Virus record (IMG/VR): IMGVR_UViG_3300038303_000074 | Length of the DNA stretch: 64,000 nucleotides | Reading direction: 5' to 3' (one strand) | DNA from: an uncultured virus (IMG/VR IMGVR_UViG_3300038303_000074) | Taxonomy: Duplodnaviria; Heunggongvirae; Uroviricota; Caudoviricetes | Shown here: positions 1 through 7,945 of the stretch, piece after piece | Layout of the letters: the number at the start of each line of letters is the position of its first letter | Numbering within the stretch: the stretch's first letter is position 1 | The notes under the pieces: generated by a model | Told to the model about the DNA's origin: nothing | Database searches by the model: none | Seen by the model: only the letters and a program-made list of their open reading frames with translations | Translations under genes and position numbers: made by a program

Positions 1-618
1 GGCCTCTTCAACCGCACCGTCAACGCCATGATCTTCCAGGGCCTCGCCGCCGAGGCGGACCCCGGCATGATCGGATTGACGCGGCTGGTGCGGTTGCCGG
101 TGGGCATCAACAACAAGACGAAATATAACCCGCCGCACAGCCATGTCTGCTGGCACTGGCAGCCCGATCTTCTGTACACCGTTGACGACATCGTGCAGGC
201 CTATCATCTGGACCTTGAACCGCCGAGGCCTGAGCAAAAGTTCCGCCCCGGCGTGAAGCTGACTGCTACTGATGATCCATGGCTGGCTGAGCTGTCGCGG
301 CTCGGCTTGATCCTGACGGGCGAGATACGATCTGGCGGGGAGTTTCAGATGGTTGATATTCGCTGCGTAAACCACGAGAGCCACACCGACCGCGTTGATG
401 AAGGTGCGGTCTACATTTTGGGCGGCGGCACGAGCGTCTGCAATCACGGCCACTGTATAAGCCGTCGCGCCAAAGAGTTCCGGGCGACACTTGCGACAAA
501 ATACGGCGTTGACGTCGTCGCTGTCGAGGCCGCGGCCAAGACCGCACGCGCTGCCGCCGAGCAAAAAGAAACCGCAGATTTGGCGAACGAACTAATAGCT
601 ATGAGGGACGGGACATGA
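1..618 (+). CDS. DNA primase, RepB-like (5'-truncated by the window edge)
   Basis: Frame is open from base 1; TRLVRLPVGINNK motif typical of RepB-type primases; Cys/His cluster; directly upstream of an SF3 helicase. Confidence 0.65.
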   Translation, partial: GLFNRTVNAMIFQGLAAEADPGMIGLTRLVRLPVGINNKTKYNPPHSHVCWHWQPDLLYTVDDIVQAYHLDLEPPRPEQKFRPGVKLTATDDPWLAELSRLGLILTGEIRSGGEFQMVDIRCVNHESHTDRVDEGAVYILGGGTSVCNHGHCISRRAKEFRATLATKYGVDVVAVEAAAKTARAAAEQKETADLANELIAMRDGT

Positions 619-2222
619 GCACTGCCGAGATCGACATCACAAACCTGCCGAACTTCGGCGACATCAAGATGCCTGACAACGACTGCGACCCGGGCGTGGC
701 TGAGGCCGAAACCGAGGACGCTTACAAAACCATGCGAGACAGCCTGCTCGATGCTATCAGCGGCTGCGACGAGGACGGCCTTGTAGCGATCACCAAGCGC
801 CTGCGCGTGACGTCACTGGACCTGCCTGATCGGGAGCGCATGATCAAGTCCGCGCAAACACGTCTGGACGACCTGACAGGCGTCAAGGTGCCGGTGGGCA
901 GCCTGCGCCGGGACATGGCCGGGCCTTCCCGCATGGACACGCCGCAAACCGCCCAGCGCAAACCTGACTGGACGAAGCCGTGGGTCTGGGTGTCGAACCA
1001 CAACTGCTTCTACAACACCGACCGGGACACCATGGCCAGTCCCCAGACGTTCGACATGGCTCACAACTCTGACGTACCTCCGATCACCCCGCGTCCGAAG
1101 GCCACGTTGTTCGTCTCTCAATACGCGCTGGTACCGCTGGTGCATTCCCCCACATATCTGCCCACCGAGCCTGACAAGCTGGTCTGGGTCGACGGGCACC
1201 TCTGCGTCAATACGTTCAGTCAATCCTCGCTGCCAGCGATGGCTGACGATTACAGCGACGACGGCAGCGCCTATATCGACATGGTCGAGGCCCACATCAA
1301 GATGATCTGCGGGACACCTGCCAACGCCCTGATCATGACGCAGTGGCTGGCGCATCAGGTCCAGTTTCCCGGCCGGAAAATTCTCTGGGCCCCTCTGGTG
1401 CAGTCGGTCGAGGGTGTCGGCAAATCTTTCTTCTCCCGGCTACTACGTTGCGGCCTCGGCGCTGAAAACGTCGGCGTGGTCAACCCGGAGCAGCTCACAT
1501 CGTCGTTCAACAACTGGGCCTCCGGCGTCTGCGTCAATGTTCTGGAGGAACTGAAGATCGCCGGGCATAACAGGCACGAGGCGCTGAACGCGGTCAAACC
1601 CCTGATCACCGACGACTACATCCAGGTCAATCCGAAGGGGGTGTCTGCGTATATGACGCCCAACACCACCAACTACGTCGCCTTCACCAACTCGATGGAC
1701 GCCCTGCCGCTGGGCGCGGCGGATCGGCGCTGGTGGGTCATACAGTGTGGGCTGAGCCACTATTCAGAGGTGCCAGACTTCGAAAATTACTTCCCGAAAC
1801 TCTTCAGCGGGCTGCTGGAACACGCCAGTGAGGTCTGCCTGTGGCTGCGCGAATACCCGCTCACAGATGCCTTTATGAGCATGAAGCAGGCACCCATGAC
1901 GCAGGCCAAATCGCTCATGGTGGCAACTGAAGAGGCCAGCTTCGAGGGCCTCACCGAGGTCATGGATATCATCGAAGAGGGCGGATATCTGATCTGTAAA
2001 GAGGTGCTGAGTTCGGCGGATGTTTTCGATAAATTGAAGTTTGAACACCCTGATTTGATGGTTCATACTAATCGGCGCGCAGCGATTTTGAAGCGCTTGG
2101 GGTACCAGGCGATGGGCAATAGAGTGAAAATTGGGGGTCGACTTAAACAGTTCTGGGCTCAGGGTGTGTTTTCGGCGGACGAAATCCGCGAAAAATGGCC
2201 AAAGTCTCCTAGTTTGGGCTAA
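615..2222 (+). CDS. Primase-associated SF3 helicase (DUF5906/D5-like)
   Basis: Walker A-like SVEGVGKS, Walker B VLEE, INPKG-like motif (VNPKG), FTN sensor and DRRW arginine finger. Confidence 0.85.
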   Translation: MSTAEIDITNLPNFGDIKMPDNDCDPGVAEAETEDAYKTMRDSLLDAISGCDEDGLVAITKRLRVTSLDLPDRERMIKSAQTRLDDLTGVKVPVGSLRRDMAGPSRMDTPQTAQRKPDWTKPWVWVSNHNCFYNTDRDTMASPQTFDMAHNSDVPPITPRPKATLFVSQYALVPLVHSPTYLPTEPDKLVWVDGHLCVNTFSQSSLPAMADDYSDDGSAYIDMVEAHIKMICGTPANALIMTQWLAHQVQFPGRKILWAPLVQSVEGVGKSFFSRLLRCGLGAENVGVVNPEQLTSSFNNWASGVCVNVLEELKIAGHNRHEALNAVKPLITDDYIQVNPKGVSAYMTPNTTNYVAFTNSMDALPLGAADRRWWVIQCGLSHYSEVPDFENYFPKLFSGLLEHASEVCLWLREYPLTDAFMSMKQAPMTQAKSLMVATEEASFEGLTEVMDIIEEGGYLICKEVLSSADVFDKLKFEHPDLMVHTNRRAAILKRLGYQAMGNRVKIGGRLKQFWAQGVFSADEIREKWPKSPSLG

Positions 2223-2461
2223 AAAGCACAGAGTTGTGCGCTTCTATGATATTCCGAAAAGCCCAACGTTTTCAATTCGCTACCACCTATATATCATAGT
2301 ATCATACTTTTAAATATATATAGGTAATAGTAATTAGGGTGTTAGTAATAATGCATATCCCCCTATATATAGCCGTCAGCAACCTGACCAATTTTTTCTG
2401 CTATGATACCAAACTTTGATACCGGGCGCTCCCCCCTTCCAGAAGAGGCAGCGCCAAACAC

Positions 2462-2511
2462 AAAAAATTGCCCCCGAGCAAGCCTGAACGATCAGACTTG
2501 CTCGGGGGCAA
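2462..2511 (-). terminator. Intrinsic terminator of the leftward early operon (possibly bidirectional)
   Basis: 15-bp inverted repeat TTGCCCCCGAGCAAG/CTTGCTCGGGGGCAA; A-run at 2462-2467 gives a U-tract on the minus strand; lies between convergent genes. Confidence 0.8.
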
Positions 2512-2525
2512 AGTTTGTTTGGAAG

Positions 2526-2759
2526 CTACGCGTTAAATTCTTCGAGGGCGGCGACGACCCGGTCGCCTTCGATGTCTGTCGAGGTCTCGATGAAGGCGGG
2601 CAGGGTTAGGCCCGGGTAGGCCATGAGGAAGTCGGCGTAGAGATCGCCCGACAGCCTGACGATAGCGGGTAGCCCGTCGGGCGTGGTGCCATGCATCTCG
2701 ACGACCGGCCAATCATTGTCCCACGTCCCCTTGAGGTGCGTGACGCCGATGATGGTCAC
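2526..2759 (-). CDS. Hypothetical protein
   Basis: 77-aa ORF coupled to the upstream gene; last gene before the terminator. Confidence 0.6.
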   Translation of the reverse strand: MTIIGVTHLKGTWDNDWPVVEMHGTTPDGLPAIVRLSGDLYADFLMAYPGLTLPAFIETSTDIEGDRVVAALEEFNA

Positions 2760-2968
2760 GATCCTGTTTTTCCAGGGTAGTCGGACATGATCCCGGCGGC
2801 GGAGGATGTCGCAGGCATCAGGTGTTTGAGATGCTCGGTGCAGGCCAGGGTGACTTGTTGGGAGAGCGAGCGCTGCTCGATCTCGGCAAGTTTCTCCATG
2901 GCTTCGAGGATGTGTGGCGGCATCATGATGCTGCTCTGGACGCGTCTTGGTTTATTCGGCTTGGTCAT
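2756..2968 (-). CDS. Ribbon-helix-helix (Arc/CopG-like) DNA-binding protein
   Basis: Short beta strand followed by LEAMEKLAEIEQRSLSQQV, an RHH pattern; GGAG RBS. Confidence 0.7.
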   Translation of the reverse strand: MTKPNKPRRVQSSIMMPPHILEAMEKLAEIEQRSLSQQVTLACTEHLKHLMPATSSAAGIMSDYPGKTGS

Positions 2969-3260
2969 GGTCGTCTCCGTTCAGGGGGATTGTCAGGAAG
3001 CCCTCGGTGTGGGGCAAGATTAGCGTGCTTTCGGTCAGGACGCCAAGTGGGCGCACATCAGCCATGACGACGGGTCGGTCGAGCAGGCCGGTGAGCACCT
3101 CGCGGGTGACGTTCAGTTCGCTCTGCAGGACGAGCAGTTCATGGTCGACGTCGGTCGAGGTGCCGACGAGGATGAACCAGCCGATCTTGAGGCGGAACAG
3201 GTGGGGCATGAGGTGGAGGCTCAGGCCGAATTTTTTGCTGAGTACGATCATGAAGGTCAT
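2952..3260 (-). CDS. Hypothetical protein
   Basis: AAGGAG RBS; tiles within the operon. Confidence 0.55.
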   Translation of the reverse strand: MTFMIVLSKKFGLSLHLMPHLFRLKIGWFILVGTSTDVDHELLVLQSELNVTREVLTGLLDRPVVMADVRPLGVLTESTLILPHTEGFLTIPLNGDDHDQAE

Positions 3261-3262
3261 GG

Positions 3263-3661
3263 TCAGGTTTCTCCTTTGGCTTTTGCGAGGGCGGCCTGCA
3301 TCTGGCAGGTAATCGGCGCGCCCAGGGATGAGTGATAGTCGTCAGGCGTGCTGAGAGTGCTGTTAGCAGCTTCAAGGGCGGCGAGCATCTCAGCGCTATC
3401 CGCGACAAGTTTTTCCAGCTTTTGCACGGCGCGTGTCTGGCTGGTTGCTTCGAGCGTAGCCCACAGGTCTGCCAAGGCAGCAGCAGAGGCTTGAGCAGCG
3501 ATGCTGTCTTTTGTCCAGCCCTCGGCCCAGACGGGACGGAGTTTTTCGAGCGCTCTGATCCTGTGTTCCCGAGCGTTCAGTTGCTGGAGGTGGCGAGCCC
3601 GGAGCGGGGCTTCAAACATTTCGGCGATAGTCTGCATTTGCAGGTCGGTTATTTCAGTCAT
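3263..3661 (-). CDS. Hypothetical protein
   Basis: AAAGGA RBS just downstream of hammerhead HH1; 132 aa. Confidence 0.7.
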   Translation of the reverse strand: MTEITDLQMQTIAEMFEAPLRARHLQQLNAREHRIRALEKLRPVWAEGWTKDSIAAQASAAALADLWATLEATSQTRAVQKLEKLVADSAEMLAALEAANSTLSTPDDYHSSLGAPITCQMQAALAKAKGET

Positions 3662-3686
3662 AGCCGGGTATCCTTTTCGGTTGATG

Positions 3687-3754
3687 TTGACTTCCCAATA
3701 CCTGCCCCTCCGAGGCAGGTTTCACGCAGTGGTCAGCTGCGATCATCAGTTGAG
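3687..3754 (-). ncRNA. Hammerhead ribozyme type I (HH1), predicted cleavage after GUA between 3699 and 3698
   Basis: Minus strand: CUCAA-CUGAUGA-U-CGCAG[CUGACCA]CUGCG-U-GAAA-CCUGCC[UCGGAGG]GGCAGG-UA-UUGGG-AAGUCAA; full core, three stems, loop II UGAC pairs with downstream GUCA. Confidence 0.9.
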
Positions 3755-4996
3755 ATCGATGTCGATGACGTCACCGAAGGGCGGCTTGGTCGCTCTCTCG
3801 GTGGCGGCCCAGATCACCGGGTAGCCCGGATCGTCAGGGTAGTCGGAGCAGCCCAGGTCTGTGAAATAGACCAGGGCGTCGGGCTGGAGATCGTGCTCTT
3901 CGACATAGTCGAACACGGGGGTGAAGCGCGTGCCTCCCCTGCCATGAGCGTTCATGACAAAATCTTCACCGGCTTCGAAGGTGTCCACACGGTGGACTTT
4001 GGTGTCGCAATAGATCACATGGACCTCGTCGGGCTGGAGGTCTTCGATGATCGCGCCCATCTCGGGGCTGAAGGCTCTTAGCTCCTCAAGGCTCAGCGAG
4101 TAACTGGTGTCGCAGCCGATGACGAGGCATTTGAAGCCTTCGCGGGTTGGTCCGGGCCTCACGTCGTTCATGCCGAGGAAACGACGGTCGGGCCGGGCGA
4201 AGGTGCTGTCGGCAGGATTGGCAGCACCCACCAGATCGGGCAGCTCTTCACGCCAGTCGATCTTGGGGTTGGCGTTGCTCTCGATCAGCTCTTTGACGGC
4301 CTGTGGCAGGCTACCCTGGGTGCGAGCACCCATAGCGGCCTTGAGGATACGCTGGCGCAGCTTGGCCTCTTCACCGGCCTTTGCGGTGCCTTCGACCGGC
4401 TTGCCAGCGTCGTCGGTCTGATCCATGACGGCCCCGGCTTCGAGGTTTTTGGCGTTTTCGGGGATGTCGTCCCAATCGCCTGAGGATGGCTCAGGAGAGC
4501 CTTTGGGGTCATTTGGCCCCGGCTGGCCGTCGGGATCGCTCTGATCCTGTCCTGCGTCGCCCTCGTCAGGCTCAGGCAGGACACGGTAGACTTCCTCGGT
4601 GGTCATGTCGTCGTACTGGCTGTCGAGCAGGAGTTTTAGCGCGGCGATGGTCTCGGCGTAGGTTGGGACCATGGTGACGTGCTCGCCGTTGATGACGTAA
4701 TCGCCAGCGATGTTCCATTTTTTGGCGTCGCGCTTGCCCCGCCGGAGATGGTGCATGTGGATCACATGGCCCAGCTCGTGGAGGAAGACGTTGACGCACT
4801 GGTCGTCGGTCAGGTCCATGAGGAATTGAGGCGCGATGAAGATCGAGACGCCATCGACGCCCATGGTTTTGACCTCGGGGTTGTACTTGCGGACCATGCC
4901 GAGGAACAGGCTGGCATAGAACGGGTGATCCTTGATCAGTTTCGCGGTGCATCTCGCGACCTTGATCTCGCAGTCTTGCTTGGTGATTTCAGTCAT
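3746..4996 (-). CDS. DUF2201-type metallopeptidase plus vWA domain protein
   Basis: HELGH (HExxH), MIDAS-like DTSYS, GRGGT motif; start moved to ATG 4996 (MTEITK) after GAAAGGA RBS. Confidence 0.9.
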   Translation of the reverse strand: MTEITKQDCEIKVARCTAKLIKDHPFYASLFLGMVRKYNPEVKTMGVDGVSIFIAPQFLMDLTDDQCVNVFLHELGHVIHMHHLRRGKRDAKKWNIAGDYVINGEHVTMVPTYAETIAALKLLLDSQYDDMTTEEVYRVLPEPDEGDAGQDQSDPDGQPGPNDPKGSPEPSSGDWDDIPENAKNLEAGAVMDQTDDAGKPVEGTAKAGEEAKLRQRILKAAMGARTQGSLPQAVKELIESNANPKIDWREELPDLVGAANPADSTFARPDRRFLGMNDVRPGPTREGFKCLVIGCDTSYSLSLEELRAFSPEMGAIIEDLQPDEVHVIYCDTKVHRVDTFEAGEDFVMNAHGRGGTRFTPVFDYVEEHDLQPDALVYFTDLGCSDYPDDPGYPVIWAATERATKPPFGDVIDIDLN

Positions 4997-5011
4997 GTCG
5001 ATCCTTTCGGT

Positions 5012-5079
5012 TTGACTTCCCAATAGCCCGGCACCTCGCCGGGCTTTCACGATGGCGTCACCATCGATCATCAGTTGGG
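5012..5079 (-). ncRNA. Hammerhead ribozyme type I (HH2), predicted cleavage after CUA between 5024 and 5023
   Basis: Minus strand: CCCAA-CUGAUGA-U-CGAUGG[UGACG]CCAUCG-U-GAAA-GCCCGGC[GAGGU]GCCGGGC-UA-UUGGG-AAGUCAA. Confidence 0.92.
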
Positions 5080-5080
5080 C

Positions 5081-6013
5081 TTAAGAAAACAAATCCGCGA
5101 CGTCGTCGAGGATTTTCTGCGCGTCGTTCACGTACTGGGCGCGCAGGTGATCGTGCTCACGCAGATCAGCGGCGGTGTCGCTGGTCAGGCTTTGCTCGAT
5201 GTAGGCAGCGGCGTCGTCGAGGCCGGTCAGGCCGGAGACGTTCAGCGCCGGTACCAGCTCGGCGACATCGATCAGGTTGGTGATCAGGCTGTCGCGAAAC
5301 ACGCCAGTCTTTTTGCCAGCTGCGTTTTCGCTGTAGCCCTTCAGGCCGTCGATGGTTTTTTGCAGGACGTCAACGAGACGGCCTTGCAAAGCTTTGGTCG
5401 CGTTCAGTTCCATCTCGGCGGTGCGTGCCTGAGCCTTCGATGCGACGTCAGCGAACAGGCCCTCGTAAGCGTGCGGGTTGTCGGAGGGCAGGACGTTGAC
5501 GTTGATTTTGAAAGCGTGCCTTGCGGCGACGTCATCGACGCTCGGGTACAGGTCCGGGTCGAACATACCGCCCAGCCGGTTGGCAGCTGCGACGACCATC
5601 GCGGGGTAACGCTCAAGGAAGCCTGCGAGGGCGACGCTCTGGGCTTCCTGAATGCCTCCGATCACGTCCATGTAGCGGTCGTAGTTTGTGGCAGGCAGCA
5701 GGCGATCACCCGTGACTTTTCCCGAGTGATCGTTGTCGATCCACGGCAGGGTCAGCTTGTCGGTGTGGGCGGTGCGTGCGGCGTTGGTCAGGGATTTGAC
5801 CAGAGCGAAATCCTTGTCGTCGGGGTCCACCAGAAACTTGGTGTACTTGCCAGACTTCGCAGCGTCAGCGCCGTAGATTTCGGCGATCTTCGCGGCGGCG
5901 TCCCGGTCCTGCATCTCAGCACCCCAGCGGCGAATTTTGAGGTTGACGAGGAAGGCACGCTGGGCCAGCGGCTCGGTGTTTGTCGTATCGGTTACGACGG
6001 CTAAGTTAGTCAT
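5081..6013 (-). CDS. DUF3150-like protein of the AAA/vWA cluster
   Basis: 310 aa from ATG 6013 (CAGGAG RBS); lies between the AAA and vWA genes; motifs LTLPW and FDPDLYPS; family call from memory. Confidence 0.6.
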   Translation of the reverse strand: MTNLAVVTDTTNTEPLAQRAFLVNLKIRRWGAEMQDRDAAAKIAEIYGADAAKSGKYTKFLVDPDDKDFALVKSLTNAARTAHTDKLTLPWIDNDHSGKVTGDRLLPATNYDRYMDVIGGIQEAQSVALAGFLERYPAMVVAAANRLGGMFDPDLYPSVDDVAARHAFKINVNVLPSDNPHAYEGLFADVASKAQARTAEMELNATKALQGRLVDVLQKTIDGLKGYSENAAGKKTGVFRDSLITNLIDVAELVPALNVSGLTGLDDAAAYIEQSLTSDTAADLREHDHLRAQYVNDAQKILDDVADLFS

Positions 6014-6038
6014 GGTGTTAGTCTCCTGAGGGATTGGT

Positions 6039-6106
6039 TTGACTTCCCAATACACCGGCGCGGGGCCGGTGTTTCACGATGGCGTCACCATCGATCATCA
6101 GTTGGG
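6039..6106 (-). ncRNA. Hammerhead ribozyme type I (HH3), predicted cleavage after GUA between 6051 and 6050
   Basis: Minus strand: CCCAA-CUGAUGA-U-CGAUGG[UGACG]CCAUCG-U-GAAA-CACCGGC[CCCGC]GCCGGUG-UA-UUGGG-AAGUCAA. Confidence 0.92.
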
Positions 6107-7165
6107 TTACTGGTCGAGCCTCACAGCTGTGTGAGCGGCCCGGTAGGCCAGCGATGCGTCGCTGTTGACCAGCTCCGGGCAGCGTTGGTGCGCGGCGGTC
6201 CAGAACGTCTCCTGAAACTCTACAGGCAGGCGGCTGGAGTAGATGCCCACAGCGTCGATGTTCCCGGCTGTAGCCTGACGGCTCAGCAGGGATACCATCG
6301 CGAAGATGTGGGATGGCTGATCCGGCACCGGCGTGCCGTCAGGGTCGCCGATGACACTGGCGAAAGACGGCAGCGCGTCGATCAGCTCGCGGAAGAGCAG
6401 AAACTCTTCGCCTGCGCCTTCCCCGAGGGTGCCGTAAGCGAACGGGCGTATGAGCGCCTCCGGCGGGTCGGTGTCGAGCAAGTGGCTGAGCTTCTCGTAG
6501 CCCCGGAGTGTAGGGCTTGTGAGTAGCGCCGGGTTGTGCGCCTGAGCGATTTCAGGGCGGGACTTGCAGAACGCCATAATGTCGGGACGCAGGCCTTTTT
6601 TCAGGCTGTAATCCAGCCAGCTTTTCAGGTCCGGGTCGACGATCATCTGGACGTGCATGAAGCGGCCCATCATCTGGCTACCGATGCGCGACGTTGCGGC
6701 CTTGTCTTCGGGCCGGTTGGAGGCGACGACGATGTTCCAGCCCGGGGGCAGAACGTATTCGCCGAGGCGGTGCGATCCATCAGCCTGCGGCGTCAGCAGC
6801 TGGCTCAAGGTGTTGGTCACGGCAGCGGGTGCCTGGAGCAATTCGTCGAGGAACCAGACGCCCTGTTCACCATCGCGATCAGCCTGCGGAAACTCTGATG
6901 GAATTGCCCAGAGCGTCTCACCATCGACGACCGTGGGGACGCCTCGGGTGTCCAGCTCGCTCCACATGTTTGGACGGCTCTCGATATAGCCGGTGTGGCC
7001 GTTGCCAAACTGCTCGACAGCGGCTTGGTGGATGATGCTGGACTTGCCACAGCCCGGCGGACCCCAGACCCATACGGGCTGTTTTTCTTGCGACGACCAG
7101 ACGAGGCGCAAGAGGCCTTTCAGGTCTGATTGTGTGATGTCGGCGATGTTCATTTTCATGGCCAT
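6107..7165 (-). CDS. MoxR-like AAA+ ATPase
   Basis: Walker A GPPGCGKS, Walker B WFLDE, ASNR sensor; clustered with a vWA protein. Confidence 0.9.
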   Translation of the reverse strand: MAMKMNIADITQSDLKGLLRLVWSSQEKQPVWVWGPPGCGKSSIIHQAAVEQFGNGHTGYIESRPNMWSELDTRGVPTVVDGETLWAIPSEFPQADRDGEQGVWFLDELLQAPAAVTNTLSQLLTPQADGSHRLGEYVLPPGWNIVVASNRPEDKAATSRIGSQMMGRFMHVQMIVDPDLKSWLDYSLKKGLRPDIMAFCKSRPEIAQAHNPALLTSPTLRGYEKLSHLLDTDPPEALIRPFAYGTLGEGAGEEFLLFRELIDALPSFASVIGDPDGTPVPDQPSHIFAMVSLLSRQATAGNIDAVGIYSSRLPVEFQETFWTAAHQRCPELVNSDASLAYRAAHTAVRLDQ

Positions 7166-7190
7166 GTTGTTGGCTCCTGTTCGGTTTCGG

Positions 7191-7258
7191 TTGACTTCCC
7201 AAGACCTCGGCAGCTTGCCGAGGTTTCGACTGCGGGTCAGGCAGTCTCGTCAGTTGGG
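7191..7258 (-). ncRNA. Hammerhead ribozyme type I (HH4), predicted cleavage after GUC between 7203 and 7202
   Basis: Minus strand: CCCAA-CUGACGA-GACUGC[CUGACCC]GCAGUC-GAAA-CCUCGGCA[AGC]UGCCGAGG-UC-UUGGG-AAGUCAA; fully canonical core. Confidence 0.95.
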
Positions 7259-7461
7259 GATTTGAAGTCGGCGACGGTGCCGGTGCGGTCGCAGCAAATG
7301 CAAACGCAGGTCGCGGTGTTGTCATGTATCACGTCGTCGTAACCCTCGGTACCGCCATCGTACATCGTGAAATTCGATGTCGCGGTGATCAGGAAGGGTT
7401 GCAGGCTTGCGCAATCCGGGCACTTCATGCCTGCCAGGCAATTGGTGTTTTTCTGGGTCAT
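7237..7461 (-). CDS. Small putative zinc-binding protein
   Basis: CPDC and CICC Cys clusters; AGGAGG RBS; stop codon lies within loop II of HH4. Confidence 0.65.
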   Translation of the reverse strand: MTQKNTNCLAGMKCPDCASLQPFLITATSNFTMYDGGTEGYDDVIHDNTATCVCICCDRTGTVADFKSPTDETA

Positions 7462-7652
7462 GGGGTTTTCCCTCCTGAGAGTGCAGCGTAAGCGGCGATG
7501 ATGTTAACCAGCACAAGGTCGATGGCGTCGGTGCTGGCCTTGCGGCGCATGGTCTCGGTCTTGACGTCGAGCAGGACCCGGTACCGGTCGCCGAGGGCGA
7601 TGACGGTTTCTCGGGCCTCATTGTCGCCGAGCTGATAGATAGATTTAGTCAT
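7458..7652 (-). CDS. Hypothetical protein
   Basis: CAGGAG RBS just downstream of HH5; 64 aa. Confidence 0.7.
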   Translation of the reverse strand: MTKSIYQLGDNEARETVIALGDRYRVLLDVKTETMRRKASTDAIDLVLVNIIAAYAALSGGKTP

Positions 7653-7677
7653 GGTGTCGGTCTCCTGAGGGATTGGT

Positions 7678-7743
7678 TTGACTTCCCAAGACCGGCACGA
7701 TTTGCCGGTTTCGACCGAGCGTCACTCGGTCTCGTCAGTTGGG
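7678..7743 (-). ncRNA. Hammerhead ribozyme type I (HH5), predicted cleavage after GUC between 7690 and 7689
   Basis: Minus strand: CCCAA-CUGACGA-GACCGAG[UGACG]CUCGGUC-GAAA-CCGGCA[AAUCG]UGCCGG-UC-UUGGG-AAGUCAA; fully canonical core. Confidence 0.95.
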
Positions 7744-7745
7744 GA

Positions 7746-7934
7746 CTAGTTGATGTACAGGGCGTCGCCGGTGCGGACCTCGGCCTGGTATTCCTGATCG
7801 ACGTTGAGCGTGACAAGGTTGGCCAGATTGGCCTTGACGATCTCAACGTATTGGCCGTCATCCTGGGTGACGTTGACCCATGCATATGCGGGACCGGGAC
7901 GTTTCAGAGCTTTGAGCAATTGTGCCTTGTTCAT
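7746..7934 (-). CDS. Hypothetical protein
   Basis: ATG 7934 after GAAAGG RBS; 62 aa. Confidence 0.65.
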   Translation of the reverse strand: MNKAQLLKALKRPGPAYAWVNVTQDDGQYVEIVKANLANLVTLNVDQEYQAEVRTGDALYIN

Positions 7935-7945
7935 GGTGTTGCCTT

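Noticed and set aside
4997..5071. ORF-track N-terminal extensions of the vWA gene (to 5071) and the DUF3150-like gene (to 6055)
   Set aside because: The extensions run through ribozymes and lack an RBS; ATG 4996 and ATG 6013 have good RBSs downstream of the cleavage sites.
3687..7743. TTGACTTCCCAA repeats read as CRISPR repeats, integron attC sites, promoters or terminators
   Set aside because: They are spaced by whole genes, no cas or integrase genes are present, the TTGAC is on the non-coding strand, and there is no U-tract. The hammerhead model explains every conserved base.
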